A stretch of 64,000 bases of DNA, taken from positions 4,128,117 to 4,192,116 of the forward strand of contig NC_083410.1 in the NCBI RefSeq assembly GCF_020745735.1. The letters run 5' to 3'. Positions 12,607 through 23,754 of the stretch are shown piece by piece. This stretch comes from Hemiscyllium ocellatum (Eukaryota). The notes beneath the pieces were generated by a model. That model worked only from the letters and a program-made list of their open reading frames with translations. It made no database searches and had not been told where the DNA came from. Position numbers and translations under genes: made by a program. The stretch's first letter is position 1; each line of letters begins with the position of its first letter.

Positions 12607-12824
12607 CTGTGAGACAAATAATCAAATATCACAAATAGGCAGCTGGGATGTTGTGGAGAACATTCCCCATAAAGACCACATCTTTATAATTGTCTTTATT
12701 GTGGATTGGGGAATGAAATAAGAAAAGTATATTGCTTTTAATGAAGGAAACTACAGAAGGAGATGGAAAAGACTGGCACCTGGCTTTCTCGAAGAGTGTG
12801 GAGCAGGAAAAGTACAGCCGGTTA

Positions 12825-15350
12825 GACAGCATCCAAAGAGTAGGAGAATTGATGTTTCAAGAATAAGTCCTTAATCAGAAATGAGGCTTGTGGGCCAAGG
12901 AGGCTGAGAGATAAATGGAAGGCCAGTGGGGTTGGGGTGAAAGGAGCTGGGAATGCGAAAGGTAGATGAATATGGTGGTAAAAGTGATAACTTGGAGAGG
13001 AGGGTGGAGCAGATAGGTGGGAAGCCAGATGGATGGGTAGGACTGTTCAAGAGGGCAATGCCCATTGGAAGGCTGAGGGAGGGGAAATGGGGAAACTTGT
13101 GAAATCTACATTGATCCTTTGTGGTTGGAAGGTTCCAAGGTGGAAGATAAGGCATTCTTCCTGCATGCGCTGGGTGGCTAGGGTTTGGTGATGGAGGAGG
13201 CCAGGACCTGCATGTCCTTGGTGGAGTGGGAAGGGGAGTTAAAGTATTTGGGGTGGTGGGGTTGTTTAGTGTGGGTGCCCCAGAGATGTTCTCTGAAGCA
13301 TTCAGGGCAGACCACATTAGGTGCAAGAGATGCAGTAAATAACATTTGTGGAAGTACAGGTAAATTTCTGTCCTATGTGGAAGGATCCTTTGGGGTCTTG
13401 GGCTAAGGTGAGGGGGGAGGTGTGGGCACAGGTTTTGCACTTATTGGTTTGGCAGTGAAAGATGCTGGGAGAGGAGGGTGGTTTGTTGGGGTGCATGGAC
13501 CTGACAAGATAGTCGGGGAGAGATGCACCGAAATGCAGATAATGGTGGGGATGGAAATATTTGTAAGGGTCTATTTGTAAGTGGTGGAAAAGGCAGGGAA
13601 TGATGCGGTGTATCTGGAGATTGGTCAAGTGGAAGGTGAGGATCAGGGGAGGTTCTGTCCTTATTGTGATCAGAGGGGTGGGGTTTCAAGGGCAGAAGTG
13701 TAGGCAGTGGAGAAGGTCGTGATTGAGAGGGCAGTAGAAGATGGAGAAGAGGATATCATCAATCATGTGAGAGGGGAAATTTTGGCCTTTGAAGAGGGAG
13801 GCCAGCTGGTTGGATACTGGTTGGGTCAGTGTGAGAGGAAGGAATGGAGGGCTTGGAGGCCTTTGTCATGGCAGATAGATATGTACAGGGTCTGGATGTC
13901 ATGGTGAAAATAAGGCATTGAAGGCCAGGGAAACAACAATCGTGGAGGAGGTGGAGGGCATGGGTGCTGTCCTGAATGTAGGTGGGGATTTCCTGGTCTA
14001 AGGGGGACAGGACAGTGTCAAGGTACGTAGAGATAAGTTCAGTGGGACAGGAGCAGGCTGAGATAATGAGTTGACTGGGGCAGTCAGGTTTGTGAATTTT
14101 GGGTAGGAGGTAGAGCCAGGCAGTGTGGGGTTCACAGGCAATGAGATTGGAGGCTGTGGATGCAAGATCCCCAGAGATGATGAGGTTGTGCATGGTCAGA
14201 GAAATGATGGTCTGGTGATGGGAGGTGAGGTCGTGGTCGAGGGGGCAGTAGGAGCAGGTGCCCGTGAGTTGGTGCTTGGCTTCAGCGGTGCAGAGTTTGG
14301 TGTGTCAAACTACAATTGCGCACCTCAACAACCCCCCTCCCGCCCGCGCCCCCCCGCCCCCCCCCCCCAACACCACTCCCACCCCCATGTCTGCAGGTTT
14401 GATGGTGAGTTGAGGTTGGAGCAGTGAGAGTGAAGGGCTGTGCATTGTGATGGTGAGAGGTTGGAGTGGGTGATGGGGGTGGACATGTTGTGGCTGCCAA
14501 TGGCCAGTGGCAGTTGTCAATGAAGAGACCAAGGGTGGGTAAGAGACCAGTACAGGATGTCCAGGTGGATGGGGTGTGTTGGAGGCAAGACAAGGGGTCC
14601 TCAGAGAGTGGGTGGGAGTCCTGATTGAAAAAGTGGGTCTGGAGACAGAGGTTGTGGAAGAAATGTTCGATGTCACGATGAGTGTCCAACCCATTGATCC
14701 GGGAGCATAGGGGGATGAAGATGAGGCCTTTACTGAGGACTGATTGTTCATCCTCACTGAGGGGGTGGTCTGGGGAATGGTGAAAACATGGCTGGGGTGG
14801 GATCTAGGACCTGGTGTATGGCTGGAGCTGGAAGGAGGGGTAGAGACTGTATTGGAATTGGGCTTGGTTGTGTGATCGAAGATGATGTCACCAACAGAAG
14901 TAACGATAACGTTGGGGGTGAGGGGTGCCGAAGTGCTGCCAGTGGGAACCGCGGGGACAGAAGTGATGTAACACGTGACAAAGGCGATGTTGTCAGCGGT
15001 GTTCAGGTGGGGGCAGACGTGGTTGCGGTGCTGGCTACAACGGGGGTGGAAGTGACGTTTTCGTTGGAACTCGTGTTGGTTTCATCTGCGGTGGATCTTG
15101 TAGTGATCACGGAGGAGGTTGTCTGGCTGGCGATCTCAGAAGGAGCATAGTTGGCAGTGGGTGCTGTCTGTGTGGCAGCGGAGGCAGACATGATGTCATT
15201 GTTCACTGTAATAGTTGTGGTTGTGGTGGTGGCAGCAACTGCAGGGCTGGAATTGACGTAATGCATAACATGGACCATGTCGTCAGCTGTGTTCAGGTGA
15301 ATTGCGTCGGTGGGGGCAGAAGTTGTTGCGGCTGCCACAAACCTGACGGC
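12825..15350 (-). mobile_element. Penelope-like element (minus copy)
   Basis: pLTR, GIY-YIG (QKFTCTSTNVIYCISCT), RT N-terminal part (LYLLPKIHKPDCPS..IISACSCPTELIS) and a Thr/Ala-rich 5' region shared with 3500-3900. Confidence 0.85.
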
Positions 15351-15399
15351 CATGGTTGATCTATTCTCTCAGCCTGCTTCTGCCCCATTGAGCTTGTAT

Positions 15400-17110
15400 C
15401 TGCATGCATTCACACCGTCCTGTTTCCCTTAGTCCAGGAACACTCCATCTACATTCGGGGCACCACTCATGCACTCCACCTCCTCCACCATTTTCATTCC
15501 CCTGGCCCCCAACACCTTATCTGCACCATGCCATCTATCTGCCCTGATTAAGACTTCAAACCAGCTGTTTCCTCTTCTCATGCCAACCCAACCAGTAGCC
15601 TTTCACTGACACCCTCATCGCCTGGCTGAACTGGTCCTCACTCTCAACAACTTCTCCTTCCAATCCTTCCACTACCTCCAAACTAAAGGGGTAGCCATAG
15701 GCACCCACATTGGCCCCAACAATGCCTGCCTTTTCATCAGCTACATGGAACAGTCCATCTTCGGCAGTTACACCGGTACCATTCCCCACTTTTTCCTTCA
15801 CTACATCAATGACTGTATTGGTGCAACCTTGTGCTCCCATGAGGAGATTGAAAAGTTCATCAATTTCACCAACACCTTGCACCTGACCTCAAGTTCCTGT
15901 GGACCATCTTAGACATCTCCTTCATTTTCCTGGACTTTCCCATCTCCATTCCTACAAGCCCACCACCTCTCACAGCTACCTGGACTACACCTCCTCCCAG
16001 ACAGCCTCCAGTAAAATCACTATCCCTTATTCACAATTCCTCACTTCCACTGTATCTGGTGCTAAGAGGGACAAGTCCACCGTAGAACATGCCAGATGGC
16101 CTCCTTCTTGAAAGACTGGAATTTCCTATTCCACATGGTTGATGATGCCCTCCAACACATCTCCTTTACTTCCCGCACCACTGCCCTTGAACCCCATCCC
16201 TCCAATTGCAACAAGGACAGAACCTCCCTGGTCCTCACCTTCCACCCCACCAAATCATGCTCTGCTATTTCCGCCACTCACAAACAGACCCAACCAGAGT
16301 TACATTTCCCTCCCCACCACTGTCTGCAACTCTGAGACATCATTCCCTCCACAACTCCCTTGTTAGGTGCATGGCCCCCACCAATCAATCCTCCCCTCCC
16401 AGCAACTTCCCCTGCTATTTCAAGAAGTGCAAAATCTGTACCTACTCCTTGTACCCCACCTCCGTTCAAGGCCCCAAAGGATCCTTCCATATCTGACAGA
16501 GATTTACCTGTACTTCCAAGCACATCATCTACTTCATCCATTGCACCCAATGTGGTGTCTTCTACTTCGAGGAGATAGGACACCAAATTTCAGATCATTT
16601 CAGAGAACAGCTCTGGGACACCCATACTGACCAATCCCACCAAAGTACATGCAGGTCCTGGGACTCCTCCATTGCCAAAACCTAATGACCTGATATCTGG
16701 AGGAAGAATGTTTTGGGATCCTCCAACCACACAGAATCAATATGGATTTCACTGATTCTACATTTCCTCTCCCCCACTGTATCCCAGACCCAACTTTCCA
16801 ACTCAGCACCACCATTTTGAATGGTCCTACCTGTCCATCTTCCTTCTCACTTATCTGCTCCACCCTCCTCTCAAACCTGTTACCTTCACACCCCATCTTC
16901 ATCTATCTATTGCATTCCCAGCTACCTTACTCCCAACCTCACCTCCCTCGCATTTATCTCTCAGACGCCCTGTCCACAAGCCTCATTCCTGATGAAAGGC
17001 TTATACATGAAACGTTAACTCTCCTGCTCCTCGGATGTTGCCTGACCTGCTGTGCTTTTCCAGCACTACACTCTTTGATTCTGATCTCCAGCATTTGTAG
17101 TCCTCAATTT
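15400..17110 (+). mobile_element. Penelope-like element (plus copy)
   Basis: Degenerate RT (LTLNNFSFQSFHYLQTKGVAIGTH..YINDCIG), GIY-YIG region and pLTR ending ~17110. Confidence 0.85.
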
Positions 17111-17311
17111 CTCTCACCTCACTTTCTGTCCCACCATCTGGCTTCAGAATACATTAATATTCTGTGATTTAATCTGGTCAAGCAGAATCTAATCAAGTTG
17201 AGTTCGCATGGCTTCATGAAAGGAAAACTGTGTCTAATTCATTACAGTTTTAACAGGAAGTCCCACTAGAATGGATGGACATTAGCTCCACCCTTCAGGC
17301 TCTCTGCCTGT

Positions 17312-17347
17312 ATTCCTGATGAAGGGCTTTTGCCCGAAACGTCGATT
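17312..17347 (+). ncRNA. Minimal type I hammerhead-ribozyme motif in a PLE terminus fragment
   Basis: ATTC CTGATGA A GGGC TTTT GCCC GAAA CGTC GATT. Core and stem II intact, one mismatch in stem I. Confidence 0.6.
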
Positions 17348-17458
17348 GTACTGCTCCTTGGATGCTGCCTGAACGGCTGTGCTCTTCCAACACCACTAAT
17401 CCAGACTCTGGTTTTCAGCATCTGCAGTCATTGTTTTTAGCTAGAACTGGTAATGTGT

Positions 17459-17464
17459 TTTATT
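17459..17464 (-). terminator. Candidate polyadenylation signal AATAAA
   Basis: About 300 nt downstream of the stop of the candidate alternative terminal exon. Confidence 0.3.
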
Positions 17465-17760
17465 TAGATTTTCAAAAGATATTCAATAAAGAATGGTTCT
17501 GAATGGAGTATAACAGATGTCAAAAGGTCTGTCTCTGTTGGCTGGTGGACTACAGAAGTCTGTTTCTGGTGTCTGAAATTCCAAGCATTTTCGGGGTCGC
17601 CCTTTACAGCATTGCCGTCCTGTGGGGCAGGTTCAAGCTGCAGCTAAAAGCCCAGGGGGAACCTACCACTTTCATTCTGTTGGCTGTGGGTTCACCACCT
17701 TTCATGGTTAATTGTGTTCATCAGACCTGACCTGCTGTAACCATTTACTTATTAATCACA

Positions 17761-17774
17761 TCAGGAATCTGACT
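17761..17774 (-). CDS. Candidate alternative terminal exon: (E)SDS-stop (ITAM-less isoform)
   Basis: 72-nt intron with a long pyrimidine tract ending cccttttag|. In-frame stop, and a minus-strand AATAAA at 17464-17459. Confidence 0.4.
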
Positions 17775-17846
17775 CTAAAAGGGAAATTTGAAACAGAGAG
17801 AAATACCAGCCAAATATTGTGGTAATGATGGAATTAGTTTGCTTAC

Positions 17847-17890
17847 CATTTACATTTTCATACACAGCATTCTGGTCTTCAACAGGGCTC
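17847..17890 (-). CDS. Cytoplasmic exon 1: (G)SPVEDQNAVYENVN
   Basis: Acceptor ttttatttag| and donor G|GTAAGC. 44 nt, phase 2-1, matching the TM exon's phase-2 end. Carries a YENV motif. Confidence 0.8.
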
Positions 17891-19169
17891 CTAAATAAAA
17901 GCTACATATTAGATTTATTGCACATTTACCATAGAACAACATTATAATCTTCACACTCTCGAGGCTAATGGATTTTACACTTTTCATCGTGAACATTTGA
18001 GACTAGCTTTGAGGTGAAAGGATGACCTCACAACTTTGAACATTTGTTAAAAGAGCAGAATTTGTGTGAACAACAAGTGAAAGAATTTGAACAAAGTCAC
18101 AGGGAATTCTGGGAATGTTGGCAAAGTTGTTGTTGTTTCCAACTGTGGAAGGGAGAGATTTCTTCAAGAAATTTGTTGCACTTCCACGTTGCTTCAGACT
18201 GAGAAAATACTGAGAGAGAAAACTGCTCCAATTCACTAGGATGCTGCCTGGAATAAGCACATGCAAATCTGAATAAAGACTTCAGAATGTCGTTATATCA
18301 TTTGGAAGGACACAGACTGTAAGGCTGCAATCAAAGTCTTAAAAATTCTTTCAAAGGGCAATGAATGAGATGGCAGCAGACAATTGAGGGAATGAAGAAC
18401 AAGGCATCATGGATACAAAATACAACAGAAAATTTTGAGTCCAGACACTTAGGCAATCCATTCATCCAGAGGGTGGGGAGGCCCTGGGAGTCAATCCAGA
18501 CTAATGGCAGGTGTAGGATCAATGTGATGGTTTAGTGGTTTTATTGCTGGACTGTTCATCCGAGACCCAGGTCATGTTCTGGGAACCAGGGTTCTAATAC
18601 CACAATGGCAGATGGTGAAAATTAAATGCAACAAAATCTGGAATTAAGTATCCAATCATAACCAAGAATCCATTGTTGATTGTTGGAAAAACCCATCTGG
18701 TTCACTAATATCCTTCAGGGAAGGAAATCTGCCGTCCTTACCTGGTCTGGCGTACATGTGACCTCAGTGCCACAGCAATGTGGTTGACTCTTAACTGCCC
18801 TCTGGGGAATGAGGGATGAGCAATAAATGCTGACCTAGCCAGTGACTTCCTCATCTTGTGAACGAATAAAAAATGTCAACATTCAGAATTTGATTGGAGA
18901 GGGGTGTGAGAATAAAGAGGATTGAATGGATGGGGGAACAGGAAAGGAAAATGTGATTTGAGCTGTGTGGAAGTAAATGTGATGTGGAGGTGAAAGGCCA
19001 GCAAAGGCTGTTGGGCAGAGTTGTCTGGAATGCCCTTGGTCTTCCCAGCAGGAGGCGTTGTACTGCCAATGACCCCCAGCTCTAAGGCAGACCCTGACTC
19101 TGGCCTCAGTAGGTAATGATCCGGTACCTACTGGGGGTCTTGCATGTGATGTCTAATGAATTATTGAAT

Positions 19170-19512
19170 CATAGAATCACTAGTGTGGAACAGGCCATTA
19201 GGCCCAACAAGTCCAAGCCAACCCTCCAAAGAGTAACCCGCCCAGACCCATTCCCCAACCGTATTACTCAACATTTACCCCTGACTAATGCAGCTAACCT
19301 AAGCATCACTGAACAGTATGGGAAATTTAGCATGGCCAATTCACCTAACCTGCACATCTTGGGACTGTGGGAGGAAACCGGAGCTCAGAGGAAACCCACA
19401 CAGACATCGAGAGAATATGAAAACTCCAGGTTGACATTCACCTGGGGTAGGAATCAAACCCAGGTCCCTAGCACTGTGAGGCAGCAGCATTAACTGCTGA
19501 GCCACCATGTCC
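19170..19512 (-). mobile_element. HE1-like SINE
   Basis: Reverse-complement similarity to 5939-6268. Confidence 0.8.
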
Positions 19513-19784
19513 CCCATGCCTGACCCATTCAAAGCTTTCTGACTGTCAACAGCAGGAACCTATGTCCTGGCACTGAAGGACGTGTTATACCGGAGATGGA
19601 GCAAACTGGCAATGATTGGGCATCTGGATGTGTGGCATGGTCTCGACAGTCACTGACTCATGATTTACAATAGATCTGTACGCTGCAGTGGGAATATCAG
19701 CACTCACTAAAAACAATCACCCCCAATGTCGAAAACAATAACTGTGCAGTGACAGAATCAAACCCAAGAAGAAATGACATTTAC

Positions 19785-19935
19785 CCTTGTGTGGAGTCCT
19801 TTACTGATGAGCACAGGTTTTGTTTCCAAAGGTAAAATGTGAGCAGGACAATGCAGATTAAGACAGCAAAGCCCAGAATGGTGCCAATGATTAAAATGGG
19901 ATCTGAAGTCCAGGGAATACCATGGGAAGATTCTT
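19785..19935 (-). CDS. Stalk + transmembrane exon: (E)ESSHGIPWTSDPILIIGTILGFAVLICIVLLTFYLWKQNLCSSVKDSTQG
   Basis: Acceptor ttttacag| and donor AGG|GTAAAT. 151 nt, phase 1-2, in frame with V1. About 24 hydrophobic residues followed by a Lys stop-transfer. Not shown in this frame by the ORF track. Confidence 0.88.
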
Positions 19936-20476
19936 CTGTAAAATATCAGAATGTCACACACACAGTCACTTCAGTCTGACAAATGTTCAAGATTGTCAAA
20001 AACATTAAGTTTGAGCTCCTCAGGATAGGCACCACCCCTTCTGACTCCCCAAAGCTTGCCCACTATCAACAAGACATAAGTCAGGAATGTGACGGAATAT
20101 TCCCCACTTTGCCTGGATGAGGACAACTCCAACAACACTCAAGAAGCTTAACATCACCCAGGACAAAGCAGCCCATCTGACTGACACCACATCCACAAAC
20201 ATCCACTCCCTCCACCACTGACTCCCTGCTACACATGATCTGTAAGATACACTGCAGATAATCAGCAAAGATCCTCAGATAGCATCTTCAAAATTCACAA
20301 CCTCCTCCATCGAGAAGGACAAGGGCAGTAGCTACATGGGAACACCACCCCTGCAATTCCCCATCCAGCCTTGGGAATATCTGGCCTTGATGACCATTCT
20401 GCCCTTCCACTGATGAAGCACAGCAGCCGGGTGCTCCTTTCCCTGGCCACACCAGTGTTCCCTCACATTGACTTAC

Positions 20477-20824
20477 CAGTTACATTGAGCTGGCTCCCTG
20501 CTCCATAGATGTAGCTCCACACACTGCAGCTGTACACAGCAGTATCATTGAGTGTCACATTCACAAGGCTCAGAATGTAACTGTTCCTGCTGACATTCCT
20601 GGAAAGCTGAACCCGATCGTGGAAACCCTGGGCCTTGGTGAGGGTGCCATTCACAAAGTGGCTTATCACCCACTCCCTGTTGCTGCCAGGTCGCTGGTAG
20701 TGCCAGTGGACATCAGTGTCAATCACACTGGCATTGTACATGGCACACTGGAACTCGGCAGTTTCACCCTCTGCTACCTTGCTGACCACTGGATCCTGAA
20801 TTAGGATTGGATCAGCCAATGGAT
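20477..20824 (-). CDS. V1: Ig V-set exon with germline J-like end (...QC...VHW...DTAVYSCSVWSYIYGAGSQLNVT)
   Basis: Acceptor aacag|AT and donor G|GTAAGT. 348 nt, phase 1-1, open. Both Cys, the C-strand Trp, DxxxYxC and a YGxG-x-L-x-V G strand are present. Matches track ORF 20463..20819. Confidence 0.95.
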
Positions 20825-21059
20825 CTGTTCATTTTGAAGATAAAAAAATAAGGTTACTGGATTTGTAATATTTTATAAAATCTCCTCCTGTTTAAATGAT
20901 GATTTGCAGAGGATGAACCGAAGCTTCCTGTGTGGATATTGCTGTTTGTAATTTGAGAGGGAATGATTTGAAACATGTCAATCACTGAATGCTTTCCAAT
21001 TTGCTGTTGTGATTCATTTTGTGAATAAATTATTGAGAGGAGAATTTCACGATGCTCAC

Positions 21060-21105
21060 AGCTGATTGATTGGAAGAGACAGAGCAGCCATTTAAAAAGT
21101 TTCAT
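21060..21105 (-). CDS. Leader (signal peptide) exon of the V-TM-ITAM receptor: MKLFKWLLCLFQSIS + phase-1 T
   Basis: ATG at 21105. 46 nt encoding a hydrophobic 15-mer, then donor T|GTGAGC. A 235-nt intron joins in frame (T+AT = Tyr) to the V exon acceptor. Confidence 0.8.
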
Positions 21106-23754
21106 TCTCACAGAAAACCAAAAGAATAAAGTCGAAAGTTTCTAACAGCCTGCAATCGATTCTCCCTGAGAACACCTTCTCAGATTCACTGTTGCTCCAT
21201 TCGATTCTGTATCCTAACATTGTGCAAGGTTGTGGGAAGAGAGCAGGACATTGGCAGTCAGGAATGATGCTCATTTGAAGAGTCAGTGCAGACAGGATGG
21301 GCTGAATGGTCTCCTTCTACACTGGAATGTTTCTGTGATTCTCTGATTTTATCTCTAAGCCTGATAGACCCTGATTGCACTTGCCTGGAATTGAGTCAGC
21401 AATGGGCAAAGTGATACCCATCTGATCAAAACCTCCGACTTTCCCTTTCATTCCTGACCTGGGTTATTATCCCAGGGTCAGGGAATCCTTGGAGTCAGGT
21501 CCCAAATACAAACCTGTGACATTGGGCTCACTGTTAGAAAGGCCTGGGACCCATAACATCCCCACCTGCAGTCACAGCCTCCTGTCCCTGATCCATGACT
21601 CATCTCCAATGCCCAAATCCCTGAGGTGGGAACACCCTCAGGAGAAATGTTTCCAGGGAACTTTCCCCTTTCCTGCAGCTCAGACTCCAGTTCCTCAACT
21701 CAGATCCAAACTTCCTTGAGTTGCAAACCCTTCTTCCAGATGTGTTCACTCTGGATCCCATTGGGCTCAGAGGGGCCTTCATTGAAACCTGTAAGATCCT
21801 GACAGGACTTGACTGGGTTCCTCTTCAGGGAGAATCTAGAACTAGGGTCAGAGTTTAAAAATAAGGGATTGCAGGTTGAAGACAGAGATGAGGAAATGTT
21901 TTTCTCAGTGGGCTGTGAGTCTTTGGAATTCCCTTCATCAAAAGACAGTGGATGTAGAATCTTGAAATGTTTTTTTAAGGCAGAGGGAGGGAGATTCTTG
22001 ATGACCCGGGGGTGAAAGGTGACCAGAGATATGTAGGAACGTACAGTTGAGATTAATATCAGATCATCCATCATTTGATTGTGTGGTAGAGCAGGCATGA
22101 TGGGCTAAATGGTCTCCTCCTGTTCCTATGTCCCTCTGTCTGTGCCTCCTGGACTAATGAAAGTCGTAAGGAGAGTAATCCGGTTGGGATGAGGAAGGGT
22201 TTAGCTCAGGACAAGGACATCAGAGGTGGAAGTGGGAGTGTCATTGAGCAGAACAGGAGCTGCAGGGGGTTGTGGGAAACAACAGCCTAAAGACTTGAGG
22301 ACTGTATGTTTGAAATTTCCCAAATTACTTACTCACATCTTACTGAGTTCCACTGGAGCCCAGTTTAACCTTTAGTTTAAATGACTTTGAGAAACAGATC
22401 CGTTTTAATGTGGAACTGACTCATGGAAGTGAATGTATGTGTAATACAACAAGTTTCTACAAAACAACTCCCTTTGTATTCTGTTAAACTCTCCAATTAA
22501 AGATAAATATAGGCTGATGGAATATTGGTGATCTCCTGTGTGCAGCCTTGGCACCAAACCCTTCACTACGTGTGTGGAAGTTAGAAAGTTACAGAGTGAT
22601 CAGTTCCATCTTTTACTTGTTTTTCATGGCATATATTTTCATGACTCAAAGTTTAAACATTCCATTGCTAAGAGGACTTACTGAAGAATCAATTGCATGT
22701 CTGGCCTTTCACAAAATGAGACAGGATGTCTCAGAAGGGAGCTGGCTGACTCTCAGAGAACTGAATCCTCTGGAACCATACATGTGGAATCCACTTGCAG
22801 CCTTTGGCAAAGGTATTTGTCCTCTCTGGACAAGACTGACATCCTTGGCTATAACTCTATTAACTGCCTTCTGCTCCCATTATCTTGCTTCTTCTCTCGA
22901 TTAACATAGGTATGTGAATCCCACATTGAGAATAAGTAAAGCCCTCCTGTTTTAATCTCTTCCCATCAACACCCATTGATGAAGAATATAATAATCAGTC
23001 CCTATATTCTATCCACTCATTATCACAGGACATCGACAATAACTGGGCATTGTAACATATTAATTGCCTATCTTAAATAATGTAATGAAAATCAGCCATG
23101 TGACTTATAGACCGTTTGTTTAATTCTGTTAAAAATTACTGCCTTTGTGTGTGGAGCCGAGATTCATAGAGAAGTGTCACCACAAATTGATAAAGGATTA
23201 CTTCTGGTCGCATTAAGAATCTCTTGCCGGTTGTCTGATAATAAAGCATCTACTGTTGTCCAGAAACTTGTGTCGTCCAGATTTGTGGAACAAAAAGGAC
23301 ATTAACACATGAACACAGTGTTAGATAATTACAGAGTCACCCCTTATACCACCCAGACCTCTCATGGGAAACAGCTTCCCCAAACAAGACAAGAACATTT
23401 CTTCATTGAATGTCATAAGTCATAAGACAATAATACATAACAATTACAGGCTAAGTGAGTGCTGGAAATATATCACCTTAATTCATGATGTTCCCATCAA
23501 TTGTTGTAAAAACCCATTGGGTTTTCTAATGTCCTTCAGGAAAGGAAATCTGCCATCCTTACCTGGTCTGGCCCACATGTGACTCCAGACACACAGCAAT
23601 GTGGTTTGTTCTTACTGCCCTCTGAAATGAACAGGCAAGTAACTCAGTTTGAGGGCAATTAGGGATGAGGAACAAATACTGGCCTTGCCAGTGATGCCCA
23701 CACCCCGTCAGAAAAATGGAAAACAATTCCCTGATGAACTACATCCTGGGCATC

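Noticed and set aside
15003-15353. Thr/Ala-rich ORF resembling a mucin stalk exon
   Set aside because: Similar low-complexity sequence precedes the RT in the other PLE copy (~3500-3900), and it lies downstream of the TM exon. It is the PLE 5' region.
18003-18198. Phase-2 acceptor and open frame (LKQRGSATNF...NNFANIPR) as an extra cytoplasmic exon
   Set aside because: No convincing phase-2 donor to rejoin exon 17890. The model works without it, though it cannot be fully excluded.
18261-18268. Ig octamer ATGCAAAT
   Set aside because: An isolated intronic 8-mer that also occurs inside repeats elsewhere in the window, at chance frequency. None lies upstream of a V exon.
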